From: an uncultured Bacilli bacterium | GTDB taxonomy: Bacteria; Bacillota_I; Bacilli_A; RFN20; CAG-826 | NCBI GenBank assembly: GCA_934162685.1 | Contig: CAKPJO010000001.1 | Location: forward strand, 30,602-94,601 | Length of the DNA: 64,000 nt | Reading direction: 5' to 3' | Shown: positions 1-9,425 of the stretch, in pieces | Numbering within the stretch: the stretch's first letter is position 1 | Layout: the number at the start of each line of letters is the position of its first letter | Made by a program: the position numbers and the translations under genes | The notes under the pieces: generated by a model | Seen by the model: the letters and a program-made list of their open reading frames with translations, nothing else | The model's database searches: none | What the model was told of the DNA's origin: nothing

Positions 1-225
1 AAAAAACTATTCCTCATATAATAGACGATCCATTACCAGATTTTGAAAATAGTAATAACAATCCAGTTATTCATAAAGATATAATAAAACAAGAAGAAGT
101 TGAAACACGAGATACTAATAATATTGAAGAAAAAGAAAATGAAGAAGAAAATTTTGAAGAAGAATTTCCGTCATTCAATGAACCTAACTCGGGTTTCGAT
201 TGGGACTTCTAGGGGGTTATAAAGT

Positions 226-1356
226 ATGTTAACAGCAGAACAAGTTAAAGAACAATTAACCACCGAAAATATTATTCAATTGTGTTGTGAACTTCAAGGA
301 GATGATGTGTATTACACAGATTCTCAAGGTAGGCCATTATTCTCCACATCTTTGGACCACGAAGGTGGAGACAGTTATAAATTATGTTACTTTCCAGACT
401 CTAAGCTATTTTATTGCTGGACTCGTGGAACAACGAAAGACATATTCGATATAGTTAAATTTATTAAAGGTTTTGAGTCATTTAATGAAGCTTTCTTCTT
501 TGTATGTAATTATTTCCACTTAAGTAGTAATAACTTTGAAGAAGCTAAGCCTGAATTAACCGATGATTGGGACATTTTCTATAAAATGGACAATTATAAA
601 AAACTCGAAATAAAAGAAGAAACTCATTTACCAAAATTACAAGAAAATTTATTATGTTATTTTGGTAACTTAGCCGCTCCTACTGAATGGTTAAAAAATG
701 GGATTAGCGCAGAGGTTATGAGATATTATGGCATTAGAGTAGACTCTGCATTAGATAAGATTATTATTCCTCATAGAGATATAGACGGGAATTTGATAGG
801 CATTAGAGGTAGAACTTACGATCCTATTGAATTAGCAAAAGGACAAAAATATATGCCTGTGTTCATTGAAAAGGACATATATAACCACCCTTTAGGTCAA
901 AATCTCTTTGGAATTTACGAAAATAAAGAAACAATCCAACGATTAAAAAAGGTATTGATTTGCGAAAGTGAAAAAGCTGTGTTACAAACAAGTACTTTTT
1001 ATGGAATAAGTAACTGCTTCTGTGTGGCAACATGCGGTTCTGCAGGATTAAGTCAAAAACAAATAGATTTATTATTAAGTCTAGGTGTTGAAGAAATTAT
1101 ATTAGGGTATGATAGAGAATATCAAGGTGGCAAAGATGCTCCTGATACCATAGAATATGAACAAAAATTATTAAAAATTGTTCAACCTTTAACTCCTTAT
1201 TTCGATGTATATGTTATTATGGATTATACAGGGAAATTAGGTTATAAAGATTCTCCTACAGACTCTACAAAAGAAGTGCTGGAGTATTTAATGAAACATA
1301 AGATTTATATTCCATCCATTTCAGCAAAAATCAAGAAGAAAAGAAGGGAGAGATAA
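226..1356 (+). CDS. DNA primase-like protein with a Toprim domain
   Basis: Toprim-like acidic core (LICESEKAV..., YDREYQGG) with an N-terminal Cys/His cluster (CYFPDSKLFYCW). RBS GGGGG...ATG. First gene of the replication module. Confidence 0.55.
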   Translation: MLTAEQVKEQLTTENIIQLCCELQGDDVYYTDSQGRPLFSTSLDHEGGDSYKLCYFPDSKLFYCWTRGTTKDIFDIVKFIKGFESFNEAFFFVCNYFHLSSNNFEEAKPELTDDWDIFYKMDNYKKLEIKEETHLPKLQENLLCYFGNLAAPTEWLKNGISAEVMRYYGIRVDSALDKIIIPHRDIDGNLIGIRGRTYDPIELAKGQKYMPVFIEKDIYNHPLGQNLFGIYENKETIQRLKKVLICESEKAVLQTSTFYGISNCFCVATCGSAGLSQKQIDLLLSLGVEEIILGYDREYQGGKDAPDTIEYEQKLLKIVQPLTPYFDVYVIMDYTGKLGYKDSPTDSTKEVLEYLMKHKIYIPSISAKIKKKRRER

Positions 1357-1361
1357 ATTAT

Positions 1362-2393
1362 ATGGGAAACATGATTAAGAAGCCAATTCTCTATTCGTAT
1401 TCAAGATTAAACACATACGATAGTTGTGGTTGGAAATATAAATTAAATTATGTTGATAAGAAGTATATTAGTATTAATAATATTGCTAATTTATTAGGAA
1501 CATTAATTCACTCCGTTGAAGAAAACATTGCAATATGTTTACAACGTGGTGAACCTATTAATTATGAATATTGGAAAGAATATTTTATGAATGTTAATAT
1601 TCCTAAAAAAAGTGTGTATGATACAGATGGTGATATCTATGGTATTAATATTTTAAAAGAAAAATATCACGATGATTTCTATGCAATTAATGAAAAGACA
1701 GGACAATCTTATTTCACTAAGTGTATGGATTATTTGAATACAGGAATGTATCGTTTAGAAAAATACATGCAAGCACATCCAGAATTAGAAATATATGACG
1801 TTGAACATTATTTCGAAATTAATTTTCACGGATTAATTATTAAAGGGTATATTGATAGAATTTTTAGAAACAAAGAAACGGGTGAATATATCATAGAAGA
1901 TATTAAAACAAAAGATCATCCGTTTGATCAAAAAGATTTAACTACACCATTACAATTTGTTATTTATTCTATTGCATTACAAAAGCAATTAACTTTAAAT
2001 GATTATCCTACACATTGTACTTACGATTTACCATTATGTGATATGAAACAAGAAGCTGGAACAAAAGGTTTTATCGCAAGAGGAATTAAAAAATTAGATA
2101 AAATTATTGCAGGCATTAACGCAAATGAATTTGTGCCAAAACCATCTGCACTATGTTATTGGTGTCCGTTCTCAAAAACAAATCCTAATCAACCTGAAGA
2201 AGGTAAAGGATATTGTCCATATTATTCCTTATGGACTCGTAACGGAACCGCTAAATCATGGGACGTAGCGTTTAAATGGGAAGGCATGGATAATCATTTA
2301 GAAATAATGAAAAAATTTGAAGAAGCTGAAGATACTTTAGGCGGCAATAATAGCGCTGGAGGATCTTCCGATCCCTTCGATTTTGATTTTTAG
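1362..2393 (+). CDS. PD-(D/E)XK nuclease, Cas4/RecB-like, with a C-terminal Fe-S type Cys cluster
   Basis: Motifs GYIDRI...IEDIKT (D, E-x-K) and QFVIYSIAL; C-terminal CYWCPF...CPYY four-Cys cluster typical of Cas4/AddB nuclease domains. Confidence 0.6.
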   Translation: MGNMIKKPILYSYSRLNTYDSCGWKYKLNYVDKKYISINNIANLLGTLIHSVEENIAICLQRGEPINYEYWKEYFMNVNIPKKSVYDTDGDIYGINILKEKYHDDFYAINEKTGQSYFTKCMDYLNTGMYRLEKYMQAHPELEIYDVEHYFEINFHGLIIKGYIDRIFRNKETGEYIIEDIKTKDHPFDQKDLTTPLQFVIYSIALQKQLTLNDYPTHCTYDLPLCDMKQEAGTKGFIARGIKKLDKIIAGINANEFVPKPSALCYWCPFSKTNPNQPEEGKGYCPYYSLWTRNGTAKSWDVAFKWEGMDNHLEIMKKFEEAEDTLGGNNSAGGSSDPFDFDF

Positions 2394-2405
2394 GGGGTTA
2401 AAAAA

Positions 2406-2897
2406 ATGAAAACAAATAGTATTGAACTTTGTAAACTAGGTCTTGATTTTGATGCTTTACAAAATTGGAGAGATGCAGAGCACGACAATATTCCTATTAG
2501 TGGCTATCTTGCTTTTTATAAAGCGTGCGGTCTTATGCCTTATATTAAAGAAAACTTTTCTGAAGATGAAGCAAATCAAGTATGTCCTGTAAATAACATT
2601 TTATGTAATTTTACAACAATTAAAAAAATTAAAAATTTTATTGTAAATAATTGGGAAACATTTAATATTGATTTATTAGGTGATGAACAAATTGTTTGGA
2701 TAAAAGGCGAACGCAAAGAGCAACGCAAACGTCCTAAAAAAAGAAAATCTGAAATTAGACATAGTATAGATTTAGACTTTGCTAATTATTGTCCTGGCCT
2801 TGATGATGAATTAGAAGATGATGTTATTACATTGGTTAAATATGAAAAATTTGATGAAGTTATTGAAGCTACATCATTAGAAAAAGAAGGCAAATAG
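2406..2897 (+). CDS. hypothetical protein with a basic KRPKKRK stretch
   Basis: ORF with RBS, tightly packed after the nuclease gene. Confidence 0.5.
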   Translation: MKTNSIELCKLGLDFDALQNWRDAEHDNIPISGYLAFYKACGLMPYIKENFSEDEANQVCPVNNILCNFTTIKKIKNFIVNNWETFNIDLLGDEQIVWIKGERKEQRKRPKKRKSEIRHSIDLDFANYCPGLDDELEDDVITLVKYEKFDEVIEATSLEKEGK

Positions 2898-2899
2898 TT

Positions 2900-3421
2900 A
2901 TGGTAGAAGTAAAACATTATAAACATAATAAAGTTGCTCAATTCTTATATAATTATTGTTTAAAAGGAAGTAAATTCTTATATAAATATCCTGTTATTTA
3001 TTGGATATTACAATTTACTTGGGGTATCATCTATACTATCATTGGTTCTATTATTGGTTTCTTTGCTTGGATGATAGGCGGCGAAGGATCTTCTTTCCAT
3101 CGTGGATATGTTATTATGATAGGTGATAACTGGGGAGGATTAGAATTAGGTCTGGGTTGTCTCGTTGCTTATAATATGGGCGACGAATGGACTGACCATT
3201 GTAAAAAACACGAAATGGGGCATTGTTATCAAAACGCTTTATTAGGACCATTTGCAATATTTCTTGTAACTATTCCTAGTGCTATCAGATATTGGTATCA
3301 AAGAATTAGAACTAAAAAAGGATTACCTAATAAAGATTATGAAAGTATTTGGTTTGAAGGATGTGCCACTGAAATTGGTGAAACCTTATATGGTTATTTA
3401 AAAGAAGAAAAAACAAAATAG
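2900..3421 (+). CDS. membrane protein with an HExxH (HEMGH) motif, putative metalloprotease-like
   Basis: Several hydrophobic helices and HEMGH at the end of a predicted helix. Start overlaps the previous stop. Confidence 0.45.
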   Translation: MVEVKHYKHNKVAQFLYNYCLKGSKFLYKYPVIYWILQFTWGIIYTIIGSIIGFFAWMIGGEGSSFHRGYVIMIGDNWGGLELGLGCLVAYNMGDEWTDHCKKHEMGHCYQNALLGPFAIFLVTIPSAIRYWYQRIRTKKGLPNKDYESIWFEGCATEIGETLYGYLKEEKTK

Positions 3422-3554
3422 GATAAATTCAAAGCTTCTGCTTTGTATTTATATATTAAGTTGATGCGCGATGTTATGAATGATAGCATTGACGACATCA
3501 GATTATCGAAAGATAAGCAAGGAGATTGGACTTAGTGTCCTATATCACACTTGG

Positions 3555-3590
3555 AAAATAGCAGCTCAGAAGGTTGCTATTTTTTATTTC
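3555..3590 (+). terminator. intrinsic terminator (AATAGCA...TGCTATT plus T5)
   Basis: 7-bp stem hairpin followed by TTTTTT, downstream of the 2900..3421 gene. Confidence 0.5.
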
Positions 3591-3633
3591 AGTTGTCTAC
3601 AAATTGAAGTCAACTGAAAATATGAAAAATTAC

Positions 3634-3680
3634 TTGACAATGGGGAATATTTCTATATAATAAATATGTAAAAAGTACCC
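3634..3680 (+). promoter_or_regulatory. sigma-A type promoter P1 (TTGACA-16-TATAAT followed by AAATATGTAA)
   Basis: Near-consensus -35/-10; member of the repeated promoter family. Confidence 0.55.
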
Positions 3681-3720
3681 CAAATTACTTTTTTTGGTAA
3701 AAACGTTTTAGAAAAATACT

Positions 3721-6700
3721 TTGACCCCTGTTGGGGTGTGTTATAGAAAGGTGGAGATTTTAATGTATTGTAGTTTACATAATCATACAATGTATTCAAA
3801 TTTAAAATTATTAGATAGTATCAATAGAATTCCAGATATGATAAATAAAGCTATAGAATACGGTTTTAACGGTTTAGCTATCACGGACCATGAAATATTA
3901 TCAGGCCATGTTGAAGCTTTAGAATATGCTGATAAGATTAAAAAAGATCATCCTGATTTTAAAGTAATACTAGGGAATGAAATTTATTTAATTAAAGAAA
4001 AAGAATATAAACAACCAGAAACAAAATTCTGGCATTTCTTATTAATTGCAAAAGATTTAACAGGATACATGCAAATTCGTAAATTAAGTTCTAAAGCCTG
4101 GGATCGTATGTATGTATCTAAAGGACAAAAAAGAACTCCCACTTTTTATGAAGACTTTGAAGCAATAATTGGTAATGATAAAGGTCATATTATAATGTCA
4201 ACAGCCTGTTTAGGTTCATATTTAAACGATTGTTTTATTAGACACGATTTAGAAGAAATTAAATTTTATATAAATTGGATGGTTAAAACTGTTGGAAAAG
4301 AAAATGCTTTTTTAGAAATACAAGATAGTGACTCTATTGAACAACAAAATTATAATAAATTTATTTTAAAATTAGGAAAACAATTAAACTTAAAAGTAAT
4401 TGTAACTCAAGATGCTCATTATCTGAATAAAGAAGATTTACAAATTGAAAAAACCTTTTTAAACAGTAAACAAGAAGGAGATCGAGAGGTTGACGCTTTC
4501 TATAAATATACTTATATGAAACCAGAAAGTGAAATCAAACAAATTCTTTCTTATCTTCCTGTAGAAGATGTTCAACAAGCTATTGATAATACTCAAATAA
4601 TTTATCGAATGATACAACCATATGATATAAGAAAAGATACAATTATTCCACAAAGAAAACTTCCTTCCTTTCAATTAAAACATTTATTAAAAGAATGGTA
4701 TGAACAAGAAGAAAACATAAAAGCATTTGCTGAAAGTTTGTGGGACCAAGATAGATTTTTATTGCATTTAATTGAGCAAGGAATAGAAGAAAAAAATTTT
4801 AAAGTAACTAAATTAGAAGCAGATAGAATTAATACTGAACTTGGTGTTTTAAAATATATTACTGAAAGAGTGCATCAACCTATGAGTGCGTACTTAAATT
4901 TGGTGCAAGAAATTATTAATTTAATGTGGGAAGTATCGTTTATCGGCGTCAGCAGAGGATGTTTTACAGAAGATGCCCAAATTTTAATGGGAGACGGAAG
5001 TTATAAATCAATTAAAGATGTACAAGAAGGAGACTTAGTTTATACTCATTTAGGAAGAATAAAGAAAGTTTTACAAACTCATCAATATAACGTAAATGAA
5101 CGATTATATACAATCAAAGTGCGCGGACGTCCTGCATTTACTTGTACTAATAATCATCAAATATTTGGTAGCCATCAAGGTTCTTGTAAAGCACCTGGTT
5201 CTAAAAATGTTTATTGTTCAGGAAAGTGTAAAAGGTTCAGTACTTGTCCTTATGCCACTGGAGAAGCAATTCAAGCTCATTGGATTGAGGCACAAAATTT
5301 AAAAAAGGGAGATTTTGTTACAACTCCAAAATTTAATTTTGCAAATCCTACAAGTAATTTAATAGATTTAATGAAATATATCCCTGAATCTAGTGCCGTA
5401 GGAGAAAACCAATTTTATTATAAGCGTAAAGATGATCGTTATTGTTCTGGAATAGTGAAAAAATTTATAGCCAATCGCTATTCACAATGGACACCTGGTC
5501 TTGCTCGTCTTGTTGGTTATTTTATTGGAAATGGATGGACAAGAAAAAAAGATGATAAGTCAAATTCAATAATTCAGTTTGGCCTTGCCTTTCATAGTGA
5601 GGCAACAGAAAAAATTAATGATTGTGTTAATTTAATTGAAAACGAATTACATTTATCTTATAAAATCAGACCTTCTTCTCGTCGAAAGGTAGTACAAATT
5701 ATAGTAGGAAACAAGCCTTGGGCTAACTTTTTTGCGGCAGAGTGCGGAATAGGAAGTCATAATAAAAAAATTCCTTATAAAATCTTCACAGATTTAACAT
5801 TAGCTAAAGAATGCATGAGAGGGTTAATTCTCACTGATGGTAGTACAGATTTAAAAAGACGTCGTTTTAAATATAGCACAATTTCTCCTATGCTTCAAAA
5901 ACAAGTTTTTTATTTGCTTAATTTATTAAAATATAATTCTTTTATGAATGAATTTGATAAGAGGCAAGAAAATTGGGAGCCAGAAAGAACAAATTGTTTA
6001 TCAGGAACTCAACTTTTGAAATTTTGCGAAGAATTTAATTTAGGAACACCTATGACTTCACAACTTGCATATACTCGTCAAGATTTTGAAGAAGATGAAC
6101 AATATTATTATAATAAAATTGAAAATATAGAGACAAAAAACTTTCAAGGAATAGTTTACGATTTAACAGTAGAAGATGACACTTCTTATATTGTGAATGG
6201 GTGTGCTGTACATAATAGCGCAATGTCATTCTTAATTAATTATTTAATTGGAATTGTGCAAGTTAATCCAATTCCTTACGATGTTCCTTATTGGAGATTT
6301 ATGAATACTGCAAGTATTCCAACGTTAACGCCAGAAGAAATTAAAGCAGGTAAAAAACTTTCAATAGCGGCAACGATGCCTGATGTTGATATAGATATTA
6401 GTCCTACAAAAGCAAATGAGGTTATGGATATTATGAGACAACATTATGGAGAAGATAATATTCTTAATACACTAACTTATAAAAAAGAATCTTTAAAAGC
6501 TGCTTTAAATAGTTGCGGTAGAGGATTAGGATTATTACCCGAAGAAACTCATTATTTATCAAGTTTGGTTCCTACTTCTAGAGGTCACGTTTATTCTTTA
6601 CAAGAATGTGAAGAAGGTGACGAAGAAAAGGGCTTTGAAGCTCATCCAGAGGTAATTCAAGCTATTCAAAAATATCCTGGTTTATATGAGGCCGTTAAAA

Positions 6701-7479
6701 AGATAGAAGGTTTAATTTCAGGTTCTGGAATTCACGCTTCTGCCGTTTACTTCTTTCCTGATGGTTATATTAATTGTTGTTCTATGATGCGAGCCCCAAA
6801 CGGTACCCGTATAACAGGATTTGATTATAGAGCGGTTGATGCTTGTTCGGGATTAAAAATGGACTTTTTATATACCGATTGTCAAACTAAATTAATGAAA
6901 ACAATGGACTTATTATTAAAATATAATCAAATTAAATGGCAAGGTTCTTTAAGGGCTACTTATAATAAATATTTACATCCAGATGTATTAGATTATAATA
7001 ATCCTGAAATGTGGAAAAGAATGCAAGAAGGACAAATATCTAATTTGTTCCAATTTGATAGTTTACAAGGGGCCATTTGTATTAAAAGAACTCGTCCTGA
7101 GAATGTAAAACAATTAGGAGCAGCAAATGCTGTTATGAGATTAATGAGTTCTGATGGTGGAGAAACTCCATTAGATAGATATGTACGTTTCAGAAATGAT
7201 ATAAGCGAATGGTATAAAGAAATGGATGAATATGGTTTAACAAAACACGAGCAGTCTCTTCTTGAAAGATATTTATTACCTAAGTTTGGCAATTCTGTAG
7301 AACAAGAAGATATGATGCAAATTGTTCAAGATCCTGAAATTTCTAACTTTACATTAGGAGAAAGCAACAAGTTTCGTAAGGTGGTGTCCAAAAAGAAACT
7401 TAAAGAAATTGAAAAATATAAGAAATTATTCTTTGAAAAAAATAAAGATCCAGAGGTTTCAGAAGAACTAGATTTTTAG
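3721..7479 (+). CDS. dnaE: DNA polymerase III alpha (DnaE-like) N-terminal cistron containing an intein; PHP domain plus palm/fingers
   Basis: PHP motifs (HNHTMYS, ITDHE). Catalytic MPDVDIDIS aligns with DnaE MPDFDVDF. LKMDFL, NLFQFDS and MMQIVQ blocks match DnaE. Ends at the position where DnaE continues with ...KFAGYGFNKSHS. Confidence 0.8.
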   Translation: MTPVGVCYRKVEILMYCSLHNHTMYSNLKLLDSINRIPDMINKAIEYGFNGLAITDHEILSGHVEALEYADKIKKDHPDFKVILGNEIYLIKEKEYKQPETKFWHFLLIAKDLTGYMQIRKLSSKAWDRMYVSKGQKRTPTFYEDFEAIIGNDKGHIIMSTACLGSYLNDCFIRHDLEEIKFYINWMVKTVGKENAFLEIQDSDSIEQQNYNKFILKLGKQLNLKVIVTQDAHYLNKEDLQIEKTFLNSKQEGDREVDAFYKYTYMKPESEIKQILSYLPVEDVQQAIDNTQIIYRMIQPYDIRKDTIIPQRKLPSFQLKHLLKEWYEQEENIKAFAESLWDQDRFLLHLIEQGIEEKNFKVTKLEADRINTELGVLKYITERVHQPMSAYLNLVQEIINLMWEVSFIGVSRGCFTEDAQILMGDGSYKSIKDVQEGDLVYTHLGRIKKVLQTHQYNVNERLYTIKVRGRPAFTCTNNHQIFGSHQGSCKAPGSKNVYCSGKCKRFSTCPYATGEAIQAHWIEAQNLKKGDFVTTPKFNFANPTSNLIDLMKYIPESSAVGENQFYYKRKDDRYCSGIVKKFIANRYSQWTPGLARLVGYFIGNGWTRKKDDKSNSIIQFGLAFHSEATEKINDCVNLIENELHLSYKIRPSSRRKVVQIIVGNKPWANFFAAECGIGSHNKKIPYKIFTDLTLAKECMRGLILTDGSTDLKRRRFKYSTISPMLQKQVFYLLNLLKYNSFMNEFDKRQENWEPERTNCLSGTQLLKFCEEFNLGTPMTSQLAYTRQDFEEDEQYYYNKIENIETKNFQGIVYDLTVEDDTSYIVNGCAVHNSAMSFLINYLIGIVQVNPIPYDVPYWRFMNTASIPTLTPEEIKAGKKLSIAATMPDVDIDISPTKANEVMDIMRQHYGEDNILNTLTYKKESLKAALNSCGRGLGLLPEETHYLSSLVPTSRGHVYSLQECEEGDEEKGFEAHPEVIQAIQKYPGLYEAVKKIEGLISGSGIHASAVYFFPDGYINCCSMMRAPNGTRITGFDYRAVDACSGLKMDFLYTDCQTKLMKTMDLLLKYNQIKWQGSLRATYNKYLHPDVLDYNNPEMWKRMQEGQISNLFQFDSLQGAICIKRTRPENVKQLGAANAVMRLMSSDGGETPLDRYVRFRNDISEWYKEMDEYGLTKHEQSLLERYLLPKFGNSVEQEDMMQIVQDPEISNFTLGESNKFRKVVSKKKLKEIEKYKKLFFEKNKDPEVSEELDF
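4960..6216 (+). mobile_element. intein (419 aa) with a LAGLIDADG homing endonuclease domain, inserted in the GRGS palm motif of DnaE
   Basis: Starts CFTEDAQILMGDGS (block A) and ends VHN followed by S (+1). LAGLIDADG blocks LVGYFIGNGW and GLILTDGS. Flanking VSRG|...|SAMSFLINYLIG matches DnaE GRGS-AAGSLVAY. Confidence 0.8.
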
Positions 7480-7508
7480 AAGGGAAAATATTTCCTTCTT
7501 TTTTTATT
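7477..7508 (+). terminator. intrinsic terminator after dnaE part 1
   Basis: AGAAGGGAAAatatTTTCCTTCT hairpin plus T8; the T-run runs into the -35 TTGACT. Confidence 0.6.
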
Positions 7509-7550
7509 GACTTTTAAAAACATTTGTGTATAATAAATAGTGTAAAAAGA
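7507..7550 (+). promoter_or_regulatory. sigma-A type promoter P2 (TTGACT-18-TATAAT-AAATAGTGTAA)
   Basis: Consensus hexamers plus the conserved downstream box AAATAGTGTAA. Confidence 0.6.
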
Positions 7551-7563
7551 AAGGAACCAAATT

Positions 7564-7731
7564 ATGAAAACTATTAGAATATTTGTTACACTTAAACAAA
7601 ATGATATAATTAATATTCCTGATGACGCATCAGATAGTGAAATTGATGCAATAGTTGATAATTATGCTAGTGAGTTAGCAGAAAACGCGGGAATTCAAAA
7701 GTATGAAGTTGAGTGGCAAGAAGATTATTAA
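7564..7731 (+). CDS. small acidic hypothetical protein (55 aa)
   Basis: ATG with AAAGGA RBS immediately after P2. Below the ORF-track cutoff. Confidence 0.4.
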   Translation: MKTIRIFVTLKQNDIINIPDDASDSEIDAIVDNYASELAENAGIQKYEVEWQEDY

Positions 7732-7744
7732 GGAGAGTTAAATT

Positions 7745-7927
7745 ATGAGTTCATCAAAAAAATATATTATAAAAATATATTCAGAACAACCTTTAAATGG
7801 AGTTTGGAAAGGTTATATTAAAGTTGATATTGATGTAAAATGTTCTGAAGGAATTGAAAGAAAAACAAGAATATTCTCAAAAAATGAATGGGAAGAAATT
7901 AAAAAATTTGGATATTATTTAGGATAA
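7745..7927 (+). CDS. hypothetical protein
   Basis: RBS GGAGAG, compact array of early ORFs. Confidence 0.5.
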   Translation: MSSSKKYIIKIYSEQPLNGVWKGYIKVDIDVKCSEGIERKTRIFSKNEWEEIKKFGYYLG

Positions 7928-7944
7928 AGAAAGGAAACAACATT

Positions 7945-8316
7945 ATGAAAAAAGAAGAATTATTTAAAGCGGAAACATTTGATTATATTTGTAAACTAAT
8001 TAAAGAAAAATTAACAAAATCTATGAAAGGTAATAAACAAGTAAGTATTTTAGAAATCAAAGCATATAATTTATCAACAAAATCCAATGATTTTGAAAAA
8101 GAATTACAAATTAAATTTTCTATAAATCTAAATCCAGAAATTTTTTGTTCAATGGTATATATTGATGCTGTTTGGTACTATGATTTATTTGATGCAAAAG
8201 AATTTGCTTCAATTGTTGCGAGCAATGTTTTAAAAAAATCAGTTAAAAATATAAGCATTGCTGAAAAAGACAACGATAGTAATATATTTAGTGTTTATAC
8301 ACGAAATGATAAATAA
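7945..8316 (+). CDS. hypothetical protein
   Basis: RBS AAGGAAAC 8 nt upstream. Confidence 0.5.
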   Translation: MKKEELFKAETFDYICKLIKEKLTKSMKGNKQVSILEIKAYNLSTKSNDFEKELQIKFSINLNPEIFCSMVYIDAVWYYDLFDAKEFASIVASNVLKKSVKNISIAEKDNDSNIFSVYTRNDK

Positions 8317-8339
8317 ATAGAAAAACGAGGTTACATATT

Positions 8340-8546
8340 ATGAATAGAAAAAGTATATTATTAATTAGCTTAACAATTATTGCTATGCTAGGTATAGTTG
8401 TAGGAATTGCATTTATTTGTAGTAAATTCATCATCCGTCCATACAATACCATTGTTACTATGATTTTAAGTTATTTAACAGGATCTTGCGGGAACGCGGT
8501 TATTAATTATATTCTTGAGAAAGAAGGTTGTCAAAATGAAGAATAA
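8340..8546 (+). CDS. small membrane protein (paralog A)
   Basis: Two TM helices. Paralogous to 8515..8736 (SILLIxLTI...GNxVxNxIxxKEG). Confidence 0.5.
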   Translation: MNRKSILLISLTIIAMLGIVVGIAFICSKFIIRPYNTIVTMILSYLTGSCGNAVINYILEKEGCQNEE

Positions 8547-8736
8547 AAGAAGTATTTTATTGATTATCTTAACAATTGTAGTTATGTTTCTATTAGGAGC
8601 ATTAATTGTATGGGGAAGTTGTTCTATTCTTCTTTACCCTTGGAATGTTATATCAACTATGTGTTTAAGTCTTGTTGTTGGTTTAGCAGGTAATAGAGTG
8701 CTAAATATTATTATTGATAAAGAAGGGAAAAACTAA
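8515..8736 (+). CDS. small membrane protein (paralog B, tandem duplicate)
   Basis: Same architecture as 8340..8546; start overlaps the previous gene. Confidence 0.5.
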   Translation: MRKKVVKMKNKRSILLIILTIVVMFLLGALIVWGSCSILLYPWNVISTMCLSLVVGLAGNRVLNIIIDKEGKN

Positions 8737-8737
8737 A

Positions 8738-9010
8738 ATGATACATAAAAAGGAAAAAGAAGAAATTGAAAATTTGTTAGAAGATACCTTTGTTGGCAGT
8801 TCTGACGCATTAGAATGGTTATCTGAAAAAGGATTTGTTGAAGCTGACAAATGTTATTATTATTGCTATTCTGATAAAAATGGTAATTACATTGGTAATG
8901 ATAGTGATGATGATCCTTATGACATATTAGAAATACTTTTAAAAGATATTGATTATGATGAATTTATGACAAAATTTAATGAAGAATTCGGAGATGAAGA
9001 TAATGGATAA
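8738..9010 (+). CDS. acidic hypothetical protein
   Basis: ATG at 8738 with AAGGGA RBS. The ORF-track start 8714 is less likely. Confidence 0.45.
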   Translation: MIHKKEKEEIENLLEDTFVGSSDALEWLSEKGFVEADKCYYYCYSDKNGNYIGNDSDDDPYDILEILLKDIDYDEFMTKFNEEFGDEDNG

Positions 9011-9245
9011 TATAAATTGGAAAGAAAAATATATGGATGAACATATTAAAGTTCAAGATTTAGAGTCTAAAGTTGATGTTTATGAAAATATTACAATTCC
9101 TAGATTGAAAAAAGAAAAAATAAAAGTATTAAAAAAAGTTGTAAAGCAATTAAAAGAATGTACATCATTCTTTATGACGGTTGATGAATCCGATGTAGAT
9201 GATGTGATTGAATATTGTGAGAGTATTATAGAAAAGGGAGAATAA
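8979..9245 (+). CDS. hypothetical protein
   Basis: Overlaps the previous stop; the start may be the internal ATG at 9003. Confidence 0.4.
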   Translation: MKNSEMKIMDNINWKEKYMDEHIKVQDLESKVDVYENITIPRLKKEKIKVLKKVVKQLKECTSFFMTVDESDVDDVIEYCESIIEKGE

Positions 9246-9248
9246 ATT

Positions 9249-9422
9249 ATGAAAAATATTATAGTATATACAACAGTATATCATAAAAACTTTATTAAAG
9301 TTGAAGATGATGTTTATGAAGACGAAGATAAACTTCAAGAAAAAGCTAGAGAAATTGCTAATAAAATTGCAGGCAATAATGATTATGATTATGAATATGA
9401 ATTAGATGAAGAAGAAGAATAA
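9249..9422 (+). CDS. small acidic hypothetical protein (57 aa)
   Basis: RBS GGGAGAATAAATT-ATG. Below the ORF-track cutoff. Confidence 0.4.
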   Translation: MKNIIVYTTVYHKNFIKVEDDVYEDEDKLQEKAREIANKIAGNNDYDYEYELDEEEE

Positions 9423-9425
9423 GAG

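Noticed and set aside
3422-3633. Riboswitch or small RNA in the 210-nt gap before the dnaE promoter
   Set aside because: Only a terminator hairpin and promoter P1 are evident. No conserved riboswitch-like architecture is recognisable by eye.
4459-4674. Antisense or internal ORFs reported in the six-frame track (e.g. 4459-4674, 5096-5302, 6993-7292, 9885-10097, 11144-11344, 11450-11656, 16561-16818, 17571-17783, 17859-18065, 19797-20057, 20226-20408, 20778-21033, 21877-22089, 22070-22288, 24356-24538, 25186-25392, 29104-29397, 29997-30365, 30591-30800, 32926-33132, 39897-40082, 40200-40775, 41336-41530, 42128-42310, 44418-44660, 44942-45502, 48374-48655, 49642-49866, 50689-50944, 51224-51412, 52879-53061, 54549-54734, 56109-56399, 57093-57329, 57641-57943, 58242-58445, 61360-61919, 62352-62900, 63638-63826)
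   Set aside because: They lie fully inside longer, well-supported ORFs on the other strand or frame, lack RBS, and have low-complexity AT-rich translations typical of spurious frames in AT-rich DNA.
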